From the NCBI RefSeq assembly GCF_009914755.1, contig NC_060940.1: 64,000 bases of DNA. One strand, written 5' to 3'. The position numbers and the translations under genes were made by a program. Each line of letters opens with the position of its first letter. The first letter of the stretch is position 1. Source of the DNA: the human T2T-CHM13v2.0 reference genome, Homo sapiens. Shown one piece after another: positions 12,776 through 26,432 of this stretch. A model generated the notes under the pieces. That model made no database searches and was not told where the DNA came from. It saw only the letters and a program-made list of their open reading frames with translations.

Positions 12776-14244
12776 TGTGAAAGGAAAATATCTTGGGCCC
12801 CCAAAATCCCTAAGGAAAACTCAAGTTGGGAACTGCTACAGGGCAAACCTGCTTCCCATTCTATTCAGAGTCACTCCTCTACTCACTGAGATAGGTGCAT
12901 ATCTGATTTGCCTCCTTTGGAAAGGCTAATCAGAAACTCAAAAGAACATAACCTTTTTTGTATCACCTATCTGTGACCTGGAAGCTCCCTCCCTGCTTAG
13001 AGTCTTCTTGCCTCTGCTTCAAGTTTTCCCACCTTTCCAGACAGAACCAATGTACTTCTTGCATATATTGATTGATGCCTCATGTCTTCCTTCATTTATA
13101 AAACCAAGCTGTGCCCCAACCACCTTGAGCACACGTCATCAGGACTTCCTGAGGCTGTGTCACGGGTGTGGGTGGCAAGCCACCCAGGTGCTGAGGCAAG
13201 AGACCGAGGGCACGAGCTATTCCAGTATAATAAAATACATAAAATAAGAATAGTTATACTAGACATTGATCTTAGATATGATTATACATGAATATCATTC
13301 ATCAATAGTTTGTAGCAGTTACTCTTTATTCCAATATTATAATAATCCTCGCTCTACAATCATAACCTAGGAAAAACCAGGCCACACAGAGATAGGAGCT
13401 GAAGGGACATAGTGAGAACTGACCAGAAGACAAGAGTGCGAGCCTTCTGTTATGCCTGGACAGGGCCACCAGAGGGCTCCTTGGTCTAGCGGTAACGCCA
13501 GCATCTGGGAAGACACCTGTTGCCAAGCGAACCGTGGTCTAGCGGTAGCATCAGTGTCAAGGAAAAACACCCGCTACTTAGCAGACTGGGAAAGGGAGTC
13601 TCCCTTTCCCCGGGGGAGTTTACAGAAGACTGTACTACTCCACCTCTTGTGGAGAGCCTGACATCAGTCAGGCCCGCCCGCAGTTATCCAGAAGCCTAAC
13701 CATCTGCCTGTGATGCTGTGCTTCAGTGGTCACGCTGCTAGTCCGCCTTCATGTTCCATCCTGTACACCTGGCTCTGCCTTTTAGATAGCAGTAGCAAAT
13801 TAGTGAAAGTACTAAAAGTCTCTGATAAGCAGAAATAATGGTGTAAGCTGTCCCTCTCTCCTCTCTCTCTCTGCCTCGGCTGCTAGGTAAGGAAGGGTCC
13901 CCATCCAGTGGACACGTGACTCACGTGACCTTACCTATCATTGGAGATGGCTCACACTCCTTACCCTGCCTCTTTGTCTTGTATCCAATAAATATCAGCG
14001 CAGCCTGGAATTTGGGGCCACTACCGGTCTCTGCGTCCTGCTGGTAGTGGTTCCCCGGGCCCAGCTGTCTTTTCTTTTATCTCTTTGTCTTGTATCTTTA
14101 TTTCTACACTCTCTCATCTCTGCACACGGGGAGAAAACCCACTGACCCTGTGCAGCTGGACCCTACACATGGGTGCGTCCTCAACATTGGCAAAATAAAC
14201 TTTCTAAATTAACTGAGACCTGTCTCAGATTTACTGGGTTCACA
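12776..14244 (+). mobile_element. MER4-family (ERV1) solo LTR split by LTR13
   Basis: TGTGAAAGGAAAAT start and ...GGGTTCACA end; 4-bp TSD CCAG at 12772-12775 and 14245-14248. Confidence 0.88.
13167..14167 (+). mobile_element. LTR13 (HERV-K13/HML-4) full solo LTR
   Basis: TGTGGGTGGCAAGCCACCCAGG start and ...GGACCCTACA end; 6-bp TSD CA(C/T)GGG; AATAAA at 13987-13992. Confidence 0.9.
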
Positions 14245-14311
14245 CCAGAAAGAAGTGGGCAAGTCAGTTCCCTAATGTGGTCCTTGCTCCCCTCAAGTGT
14301 GGAATTAGGGA

Positions 14312-14828
14312 TGTGTGGTAGGCTCTGCCAGCTGTCCAACTATCCTCCACCTTCGCCCTCTTCTTTAGTAATAGAACACACATTTTCTTCAGGGTGGCTG
14401 ACAAACATTCTTCCCAGACTCCCTTGCAGCTAGGATTGAGTATGTGACATGCTTTTGGCCAATGAGATGTAAGTATAAGTCTATGGGTGGGACTTTAGGA
14501 GAAGCCATTGTTTTCCTGATAACAATGGAATAGACTCAACAAATTTTGCCCTTCCCTTTTATTCCTGCCTGTAATGTGGAAACAAGGCTTGGAATTAGAA
14601 AAGCCATCTTGTGTCCACTGTAACAAAGATATAAGCAAAGAATGGTTGGTGGAGAAAAAGATAGAAAGATCCCAGGTCCCCAGTGGCATCTCTGGGTTGC
14701 CACACCAGCGCTGGACTTCCTAAATGTCTCAGACATTTCATACATAAGGAAAATAAACCCTTTCCTTATTTAAATCACAGTTTTTAGACATTTTGTTTCA
14801 TGAACTGAATACAAATCTTATCTAATAT
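14312..14828 (+). mobile_element. Ancient MaLR/ERVL LTR (MLT1J/K-like)
   Basis: ttcccagactcccttgcagctagg...ttttggccaatgagatgtaag...aaataaacc. Confidence 0.65.
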
Positions 14829-15619
14829 TTCCTATTACTATCCCTCTTAATTATCTATTTCTGTTAATCATCTCATTGGGCAAAGAATAGGAAAGGTAAT
14901 GTCATGTTTCTCAATGAGCATGTTACCGTTTCCTAACCTCACAAACCAATCAAATTTGCCTTTGCACCAATTTCTTTGAGCCCTTCATTCAACAGAAATG
15001 TACTGAGTGCCTACTATGTGCAGGCACTATTAAAAAGGATTCAGTCTACGATGAACAAAATTCCCCGGTATACCTTTACCTTAACTCTTGTGTGGATCTA
15101 GATGCTAACACAGTCCTTTCTGTTTTTGGATTAAACAACAGAAATTTATTTTCTTGCACTTTCAGAGGCTAGAAATCCATGATCAAGAAGCCAGCATGGT
15201 CAGTTTCTAGAGAGGATCAGTTTCTCTTCCTGGATTGCAGAAGGCCACCTTCTCACTGTGTTACCACATGGCAGGGAAAGAGACAGTGTGCAAGCTCTCT
15301 GATAGCTCCTTTTCAGCTTCTTTATTGTTGAAATAAAGTTGTCATAACTTTTTTTTTACTTTTTTCTTAATTGACAAATAATAATTGTCTAACATACTCG
15401 TTAATAATTTTGGAGCCTTTCTAATGTCACAATGCTGCATGCTCTTCCTCTTTCCTCCTTGGCAAACACCTATTAGCTTCTGATCTCCTTTAGGCCTGCA
15501 AAGTTCTTCAGGCCAGTTTTATATCACTGTTCAAGTTTTTCATAAGTCTCTTATACTGTCTCAAGGTTGGGGAAGGGGAGTATAAAGCTAGTCAAGATTT
15601 CCTTATTGAAAGCATCCTG

Positions 15620-15779
15620 GGCCAGGTATATTGGCTCATGCCTGTAATCATAGCAATTTGGGAGGATGAGTCATGAGGATCTTTTGAGCCCAGGAGATCG
15701 AGGCTGCAGTGAACTATGACCATGCTACTTTGCACAAGCCTTGGTGACAGAGCAAGATGTAGTCTTAAAAAAAAAAAAA
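15620..15779 (+). mobile_element. Alu monomer (FRAM-like)
   Basis: Single arm with poly-A; TSD AAAG(C/T)ATCCT. Confidence 0.85.
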
Positions 15780-16371
15780 GTATCCTATTACACAGAGATC
15801 AGATTCAGTGATTTCTAAAGCTCTTTAAGGATCTAATATTCTGAGTTCTACATAATTTTCTCTCCTTCCCAATTGCCCTTCCCTGTCTACCCCAACACAA
15901 ACTGCTCATTAAGAAAAAATTACATAATATAGAAATGCTGCATTACCTTTGAATCCATATGTGAGATCAAGAATAAAAAATGTGTCATTTTTGAGAATTT
16001 TTGAGAGCAAGGGAGGATAACAATTTTGGAAACCTTGAATAATTAAAACTAAATCTAACATTGATGTTTCTGCCTTTATAATCATCTTTTCAAGACAAAG
16101 ATTCAATCTCTCTGTCTCTCTCCAAAAAAAAAAAAAAACTGTATATCCAAGCTACTGAAACTATTCATCTCAGAGATACCTTGAGATGCCTATCTGTGAA
16201 ACATCAGGCTAAGGAGTTATTTCAATCAACTCCCATGTCTGAGCATAGACTTTCCTAGGAGACAAGGACCACTAACCCTTTGGTTTGGCAGATTTCTCTT
16301 TTCCCCAAAAAAGTCCTTTCAGGAAGAAACAATAAAATCTCAACCAGTAAATTAGCTTTGCACTCACTGCA

Positions 16372-16583
16372 AAGAGTTGCTCAGACAACACTGTTGACAT
16401 TTGGGCCTGGATAATGTTTGCTGTGTGGTGCCATCCTGTTCACTGTAGCATACCTAGCATCACCCAGTAGATGCCAGTAGTTACCTTGTCCCACTAACCT
16501 ACTCATTTGTGACAATTGAAAATGTCTCCAGACATTGCCAAATTCCCCAGGGCACAAAATTGCCCCAGTGAGAACTTCTGCCC
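16372..16583 (+). mobile_element. MER20 (hAT-Charlie MITE)
   Basis: ttgacatttgggcctggataat...aaaatgtctccagacattgccaaa. Confidence 0.85.
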
Positions 16584-17742
16584 TACATCAGGCAGGCTTC
16601 AGCTATGCTGATACTCCTTGAGAATGGAATTGGCATTTAAGCCCTCTTGCATCCCTGAATCACATCTCACCAACACCCACCACCGCCCAAACAGGCAACT
16701 GGTCACCTTGTGGAGAGAAATCAGCTCAGCCCTCAACACACAAGGAAAAATGACATGAATGCAATTGTATCACCGGAGACCAAAATGCATGGGTTTGTAT
16801 CTATTATTTTAATTAAAAATGACTCCGTAGGACAAAAATTACCAAGGTCTCGTCTCTAATATTGCACTCTTCTAATTTCCTCCCATTTCACATGAGGTCC
16901 TCTGCTGTCTTCTTAGTCAACTCCTCCTCTTCTTACCCTACCCAGCCAGTTCCTCAATCTCAGGCTCAGCACTTTGTTGCTTCTCCCTCTGCACCCATGG
17001 CTTCAAATATCTTTATGCTGATTACTCCACATTTTCTATCTGGCCTAGACTCCCACTCTGAATTCCAGATTTGTATATCCAACTATCTACTTGACATTTT
17101 TCCTTGGATCTCTCCCAATATCTCACAGCTAACGAATCTAAGAAAAATCTCTTGGTTTTTCACCCCCAAATTGTTTCATATCTAGTCTTCCCTCATGTGA
17201 GAAAATGCCACCAACATCCTTGAACTTACCCAAGTCAGTAACCTAGGAGTCATCTTTAAGTGTCTCTCCCTCCTTACCCTCCTCACTATCAAATCCATCA
17301 GCACATCCTAAATCCAACCACTTCTCTCTATCTCTCTCTGCAGCTACTCCTATCCCATACTTGGGGCCAATCCACTGCTTAACTTCAGAAATCATTATTT
17401 TCATTGTTGCACAGGTGAATGACGTCCCCTGGAGCTGTACAATTATCAATTTGCAGGACTATAATCATCAATTCTGATTCCCTACTCCAACCTAGCATCA
17501 TCTCTCACCAGGATGAATGCAACAATTTCCTGACAGATCTTCCTGTTTCCACTCTGTCCCCAACAATCCACTTTTCACGCAACCACCAAGAGTGATCTTT
17601 CAGAAAAATACACAGCTCAAATCATATCACTCTCCAGCTTAAAACCCCTCAATAGTTTCTCATTGCTCTTTACATAAAATTTAAATTCCTTTCTGTGACC
17701 TCAGGGCTTGTCTATCTGGTGCCTCGAAATCTCTCTAGTCTT

Positions 17743-18492
<750 letters not shown>

Positions 18493-19029
18493 ATCTCTCC
18501 AGTCTTAACTCTTAACTCCTTTGCTCCATCCTAACAAGTTTTCTTTCAGTTCTCCAAATAAAACAAATTCCTTTCTGCCGCAGGGCCTTTGCATGTGTTG
18601 CTCTTATCACCTAGAACTCTCCTACAAATCCCCAACCCCAATACTCTTCATAGAACTGAATCCTCATTTCTCTGTCTCGGTTTGGTTGACCTGACCCCAC
18701 TATTAGAAATTTGGTGCTTCCCTTTTTTATTCTTTACCATGGCACACCATTTCCCTCAGAATACTCCTCACATTTGTAACCATGTAAAATCATTTGTTTT
18801 GTTCACAACTGCATTCCCAGCACTTAGCGCAGTACTCAGGTTATATTAGGCGCTCAATAAATGCTTCTTAAGTTAAATGAATATGTGAATGGCACCACTA
18901 GAAAATAACCAGTATTCAGATCTTAGTGTATGCCATTTCTAGACCTTAATCATATTTAATTGTAATATTGTTGTTTCTTTAATAACTCTAGGGCTTAGAA
19001 TCTAGTACAAAAAAATACATAGGCACTTA

Positions 19030-19416
<387 letters not shown>

Positions 19417-20058
19417 TCAGTTTCCATCACTACCGTACCTGGTATTTACTTACCTGTCTCCTCTGGCTAGAATGTAAGTTCTGTGAAACCAGGGACCAAG
19501 TTTCTATTGTTTGATGCTGAATGCCCAGTGCCTAACAGTTGCCAGCGAAGAGTAAGCACTCAATAAATGTTTGCTGAATGACGAATGAATATCTGAAGTT
19601 TCTCTACCCAGAAAGTGTTCTAAGCCAGACGTAAACTGTCAGGTGGACTTAGGAGGAACCTCAAACTGCACTTAGCATTTTAAAGCCATCGCCAGTTGCA
19701 CAGAGACACTGACATGCTAAAGATGGGTTCTGTCCAAAGCTGTCACACACACTCGCTCCAGCCCTGCCAGAATGCAGAACGGCACTCGTGCAGATGCTTG
19801 TTGAAAACTTGGCCTTTCCAGGCTGAAAATGGGGCCATGTCTCATCTGTCCAGGAGAACAGCACCCAGTTCCCCTATCTGCTAATCAGACTGGCAGCAAA
19901 CTTCAGCCGCAGTCACTGCATTTGATGCTGTGATGCCAGTACCACAAGACTGAAAAATGAGAGAAGTAGAACGAGGGGAAGGCTGAGACTGTCTCAAGCC
20001 AAAGGTAGGGCAGGGAGAGAGGAGAGAGACCAAAAACTTAAATACCAAAAAGTTCAAG

Positions 20059-20324
20059 TTTTTTTTTTTTTTTTTTTGAGATGGAGTCTCGCTCTGTCGC
20101 CCAGGCTGTAGTGCAGTGGCATGATCTCGGCTCACTGCAAGCTCCGCCTCCCTGGTTCATGCCATTCTCCTGCCTCAGCCTCCGAGTAGCTGGGACTACA
20201 GGTACCCGCCACTGCGCCTGGTGAATTTTTTGTATTTTTTTTTAGTAGAGACGGGGTTTCACCATGGTCTCGATCTCCTGATCTCGTGATCCACCCGCCT
20301 CAGCCTCCCAAAGTGCTGGGGATT
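20059..20324 (-). mobile_element. AluY-lineage element with Yd-type 12-bp deletion, 5'-truncated
   Basis: tttcacc^atggtctcg lacks gtgttagccagg; GCGCAGTGGCGGG in the right arm; AluY diagnostics. Confidence 0.8.
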
Positions 20325-20584
20325 TTTCTTTTTCTAATTCTTAGAAATAAGAGCTCCTATCAGCAGCCTAACCAGGGGTAAAAAAACAAACAAACAAACA
20401 AAAAACGAAGTTTCATTGTCTCAACTGATGATGCTGCAAACCAGAAATCACAGATCAGTGACTCCTGGGCAAGGTCCAGCACATAGATGTGTTCTGTTTG
20501 GCCTACACAGCATTTTTTAAAAAGTTGGATTACTTGTCAAAATTTCAAAATTGGAAAATTTCATCATTTAAAAATCTAATTCCA

Positions 20585-20905
<321 letters not shown>

Positions 20906-22186
20906 TCAGAAGGCCTGGCAACACCAAGTCCATCTTCTTCCCAGGTGTCAACATCACGTGGCCTGAATAGACACTGCAGGTTTGGGACAGGGTTCATCAC
21001 CTCATTTTCTACCTGGTCCCTGAAGGCCATCGACTCTGTGATCCCTGCTTCCCAAGGGGAAGATCCTTTATTCCCCTGTCCTCATATTTCCAAAGGAGTG
21101 TTTTCCAAGATGTCTACCCTCTGGAGGAGCTCCCCAAAGAGATAGCTTCAACCTCTAACTCCCCTTTTCCCTTGATCCTCCCCCAGAGAGGAAAGTAACT
21201 AATCTGATTGGTGAGATGCCTGGGGACCCACCTTCTGGTGGGTGGTGGGCTCACTTTGCATCAAGAACAAGAAAAGGGGCTTCTCCCACTCTTTCAGTGG
21301 CCTCCACGGACCTCTGATATGCAAAAGCCAGGCCTGCTCTGTGCTCCTCACCATTCAGCTCCCCCAGACCAGGCACAAGGTCTTCTCTGACCCCATCCTA
21401 TGAAGACCCCAAGGTACTAAAATGAAGAGTGATCCTCTATGGAGCCAGCTGGGTGAGAATACTCAGAGGCCACTTTGCCACCCAACGCCGTCAGTGGATC
21501 ATCCAAGAGCTAGATACAGGGAAAGGCAACAGGAGACATCAATCCAAGCTTTGTTCTCCAATCCTCTTTTACCAGGGAACCCCATTCTTTGGGACCCAAT
21601 GGGCCTTAGTCATAAGTATGATATTTTATTTTCTCTATCTAGATCCTTGTGCTTCTGATTAGAACCAGGATAGTAGAAGGAGCAGTATTCAGAATCCCTC
21701 TCCTCCAATAAATCTCGAAACAGAGTGTTTGATGAGATTTGGGGGGAAATTTTTTAAGTCAAAATAATTGTGGTGCACCCTCCTGAAGCACTCACTTTAC
21801 TCAAAGATTTAAGAAACATGTTTTAGAATTTTTGAGCTTTTATGCATACCCAAGTACAATTAACAAGAGATCATTTTTCTGGGTTGACCAATTTTATGGC
21901 CAACCTACAAAATTTCACAAGTTTTTCATGTGTGAAGTTGCGAAGCATACAACTTTTTATGTGCAGAGAAGCCATTGGATAATTAGGTGCTTTGAGTTAT
22001 TAGGATATAATGTGAAGATGCAGTAAAGTGAATAGCGGCTACAGGAAAACCAAAGGTCATAATAACGTCCCTAGGCTTCAAAATGCCTCACCATGGGCCA
22101 ACATTTTATTTCCTCAATTTACATCCATTTCCCATAATTACTGAGGTCTCAATAACACAAATATAGCAAAACTTTTTAGTGTCACT

Positions 22187-22487
22187 TTTTTTTTTTTTTT
22201 TTGAGACAGGTTTTCATGCTGTTGTCCAGGCTGGAGTGCAGTGGTCCAATCATAGCTCACTGTAATCGTGACTTCCCGGGCTCAAGCGATCCTCCTGCCT
22301 CAGCCTCCTGAGTAGCTAGGACTACTGGTACACACTAGCATGCCCAGCTAATTTTTTAAAATTTTTTGTGGAGTTAGAGTCTTACTGTATTGCCCAGGCT
22401 GATCTCAAACTTCTGACGTCAAGCAATCCTTCCACACTGGCCTCCAAAAGTGCTGGGATTACAGGCATGAGCTATTGCTACTAGCTA
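22187..22487 (-). mobile_element. AluJ
   Basis: Full dimer flanked by AGTGTCACT. Confidence 0.92.
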
Positions 22488-22505
22488 AGTGTCACTAAAT
22501 TTTAG

Positions 22506-22808
<303 letters not shown>

Positions 22809-23289
22809 AAGTGTCACTTTTCATGTGCCTTTTTACAGAATACTAACTTGTAAGTTACATTGTCAACCTGGAATGTGTCTTAGGGTTTAAAAGCTAGAAG
22901 TTTGAAAACTAAGCATGAAACCAGTGAAAACAAGCACAGTTATGACAGAAATTTAAAATAACCTGGAATTATCTTTTCCCACAAGAGTTTGACAGTGAGA
23001 CAAAGAGAGGAGGCTCCTGTGCAAACGCCTTAACTGGTGGTAGGTCACACAATAGGGATTGCAGTTCAATGCCTACTTAAAAGGAAGGTTTTAGATAAAT
23101 ACCCATAATGCTCAGGTTTTGATCTCTAAATACTATTCCCTGATAAAAGGGCTAGGCTTTTTGCAGAAATGGCTGACCTAAGGTCTGGGGCATAAAATGT
23201 ACAAGATGAGCCAAAATCAAGGAAGCTATCAAAGTTTAATGGGGGTCCATTAAAAAGTGGGCAAAGGATATGAACAGATACATTTCTTT

Positions 23290-23472
23290 CTTTATTTTTA
23301 TTTATTTATTTTTTTTGAGACAGAGTTTTGCTCTTTTCGCCCAGGCTTGAGTGTAATGGCGCGGTCTCAGCTCACTGCAACCTCCGCCTCCCAGTTTCAA
23401 GCGATTCTTCTGCCTCAGCCTCCTGAGTAGCTGGGATTACAGGTGCCTGCCACCACACCTGGCTAATTTTTG
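23290..23472 (-). mobile_element. AluS right arm only
   Basis: Stops at the mid A-rich linker; no TSD seen. Confidence 0.85.
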
Positions 23473-25440
23473 GACTCTACAAAGCAAATTTCACAGACTC
23501 CCTTACGAGTTGACTTCTTATTAAGTTCTGCTAATAGGAGATAACAGTAGGAACAGATGTGGGAGTTTCTGCTTTCCCACTCTTACCAATATGTTCCAAC
23601 AGCAGCATTTGGCTTCAATCTCCAGCTTCCTTGAACACTTACAACACCAACACTCCCGCCCTTCCTCTGAGCTTTTAGGTCCCGGTAACCCCCGTCTTCC
23701 TCTTTATCCCCTTTTCTGGGGGTGAAACCATATCTGTAACCTACAGATGAATGAAAAAATCTCCACCCATGGTTTGGCTCTTTTATTTGTCTTTACCCCT
23801 CTGTGATGATGATGCTATTGTCTTATAGTCGTTAATTATATTAACTGTTAATTTATATTGTTTTTGATTATAAAATAACCATAAAGAATTTTTTCAACAT
23901 TTATTTACATGACATTATATATTTTTTGTCAAATGTGATAACTCCTCGAAAAAAATGTTTGCAAGACTTCGTTTGTATAATTGCATACCTTGAAGACTTC
24001 AACAACCACTGCATTATTCACCAATACACATTTTATCCTAAGAAGCTTGCCTCTTGGTTTTCTCACTACTTGGCAGAGTGATTTTTAAGAGTACCAAAAT
24101 TATTTTAAGTGGTTTGGATACTAGCTTTTTAATAAAACTGAGAGACACCTTGAAAGCTTATGCAATTACACAGCTACCTACTGCAGGAAGATGTTGGTTA
24201 GAGTTTTCAAACTCAAGACTAAATTGTTATGTTTCTTCTAGGGGATTAGAAAGACATTAAGATAAGGTACAGTCTAGAAAGGGTGAATTAATTCCTTGCT
24301 CGATGTCAAGGAAGGTCTCATGGAGTTGGTTTGTTGAGCTGTTTCTTTGTAAGCCTAAACACTTTCAGCAACAATGGCAAGGTCAGTCTAGGAACATTTT
24401 TAACACCTCTGATAAGTTACTATAATAAAACTGGTGCTCAGGAGGTGGAGAAAAAGGGTTTGTCATGGAGATTGGGCATCGTCTGTGACTCTTTCTTCAT
24501 TTATACGTGATAAAAATTACAGCCTTAGAAATGTTTAAAATCATCATCTACTTTCTTCACTGCAAAAGTCCTGTGAGGAGTATTTCCTGGGGCAGGCCTG
24601 TGGGTCAGTGCTGGGGGAAGTGTCATCCAAGCAATGTGCTTCTCTGCTAATGGGTACATTTGGCAAAATCACCACCAGAGCCAGACTGTGCTGCTCCACT
24701 CCTCTGGCAGCATTCATGAGCTTCTCGTCTCTATGGCTCACCTGACACACCTCATCAGTCAGTGAACAAACCATTCTATTTCCATCCACACAACCACACT
24801 GGTTGGGGCTCTGAACATCAAGACAGAGAAGAGAGAGGGCCTGCATACTAAAGATCTCTACAATCTCATCTCTGTTCAAATCAGCTAATTAAATAAGACA
24901 GTCTGGTCTTTGAGATTCATAAAGCTTATCCTAAAACCCTTTGGTATCTTCACACTGTACTTCAAACAAAATCCAGATTTCTGACCACGGCCAGGGAGGC
25001 CCTGAAGATCTGACCCTAAGGGAGTCTCATCATGCTCTCTATGTGTCAGCCACACTGGCCTCTTCATTCCTCAAATGCAGTAAATATACACCCTCGAATA
25101 CTATGCAGCCATAAAAAAAGAATGAGATCATGTGCTTTGCAGCAACATGGATTGAACAGATGAGCTATTTCCCAACAAGGAGACTTGCCATGTTTACTTT
25201 CCTCTGTTTGGAAACCTCTTCCCTAGTTCTTTCCATGCTGGCTCCTCATCCATTGAGCCCCAAAATATCCATGTCCCTAGGACGTATCCCCTGAACACCC
25301 CATCAAAATTGACCCCATGATGCATCCTATCATAGCAATTATGTAATTTTCCAGAAAACTAATCACAGTTAGGAAATTAATATCCATCTTCCCTGATAAA
25401 TGGCAAGTGTCATGAGAGTAAGAACCATGATGGCCTAGCC

Positions 25441-25665
25441 TAGAAGTTAGCAAACTTTTTTTCTGTGAAGGATCAGATAATAAATATTTTAGGCTTTGCA
25501 GGCTATACAATCTCTATCACAACTACTCAACTCTCCTGTCGGGGTGGAAAAACAATCAGAGACAATTCACAATTAAATGAAGGTGGCTGTATTCCAATAA
25601 AACTTTATTTACAAGATCATGCAATGGCCAAATTTGGCCCACTGGCCATAGTTTTCTGACTCCTG
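25441..25665 (+). mobile_element. MER58A, within an L2
   Basis: gcaaacttttt...aaatattttaggctttgcagg...ccaataaaactttatttaca...gactcctg. Confidence 0.85.
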
Positions 25666-26432
25666 GTCTAGTTCACTGTTATAAACTTGGAGTTGTCAAG
25701 CATAACACCTATCACATAGTAAGCATGACAAATATTTATTGGATGGAGGAATAAATGCATGCATAACCCTACAATCAGTTTAGGCTAATGTTTAGATGAG
25801 CTTGGGCTTCAGAGTTGAAATTTTTCTCCATATTGTACTCAAAGTTCTTCCTCTAGTCAATTTTATTCCTTTATCTTCTTCAGCATTTCCCAACCTGCCT
25901 TTCATTTACTGTTTGATAAGTTGTTCTCCCTCCTTGAGCTTCCCTAAATTGAATCTCAGAACTATTATTTTGCTCTTGAATCATCTGTCTACGATTCATC
26001 TCTCATTGACTTAGCCTGAACATGAACATTTTCACTGTTATTACTTCTACTTCATTGTATTCAGCAGTTATCTGCATAACATTTTTTCCAGTAAAAAGAA
26101 CAAAAATAAAGAAGGATTCTGAATTCTGTATATAAAAATTGCTACATCCTTTTTGGATGGCAATTTACCAGCATCTATTAAAATTGCAGATATGCCTCCC
26201 CTTCAGTGTGGCCATTCTTAGGACCTTCCCTCACTTGGGGCTATCTCGTGACTCTAGAAATTGACATAGTGTCAAGATAGGAGGTAGACCCTCTCCTCCT
26301 GTGATTGGCCAACTATCCACGCAGACAAACAATGATATCCCCAGTGTCCTTGACTCTAGATTAACTTCAGTTTTCGGCCACCTCCAAGTGAGGCTTTCAC
26401 AGAGCCATTTTGTAAGAATGGCTGTAGTACTC

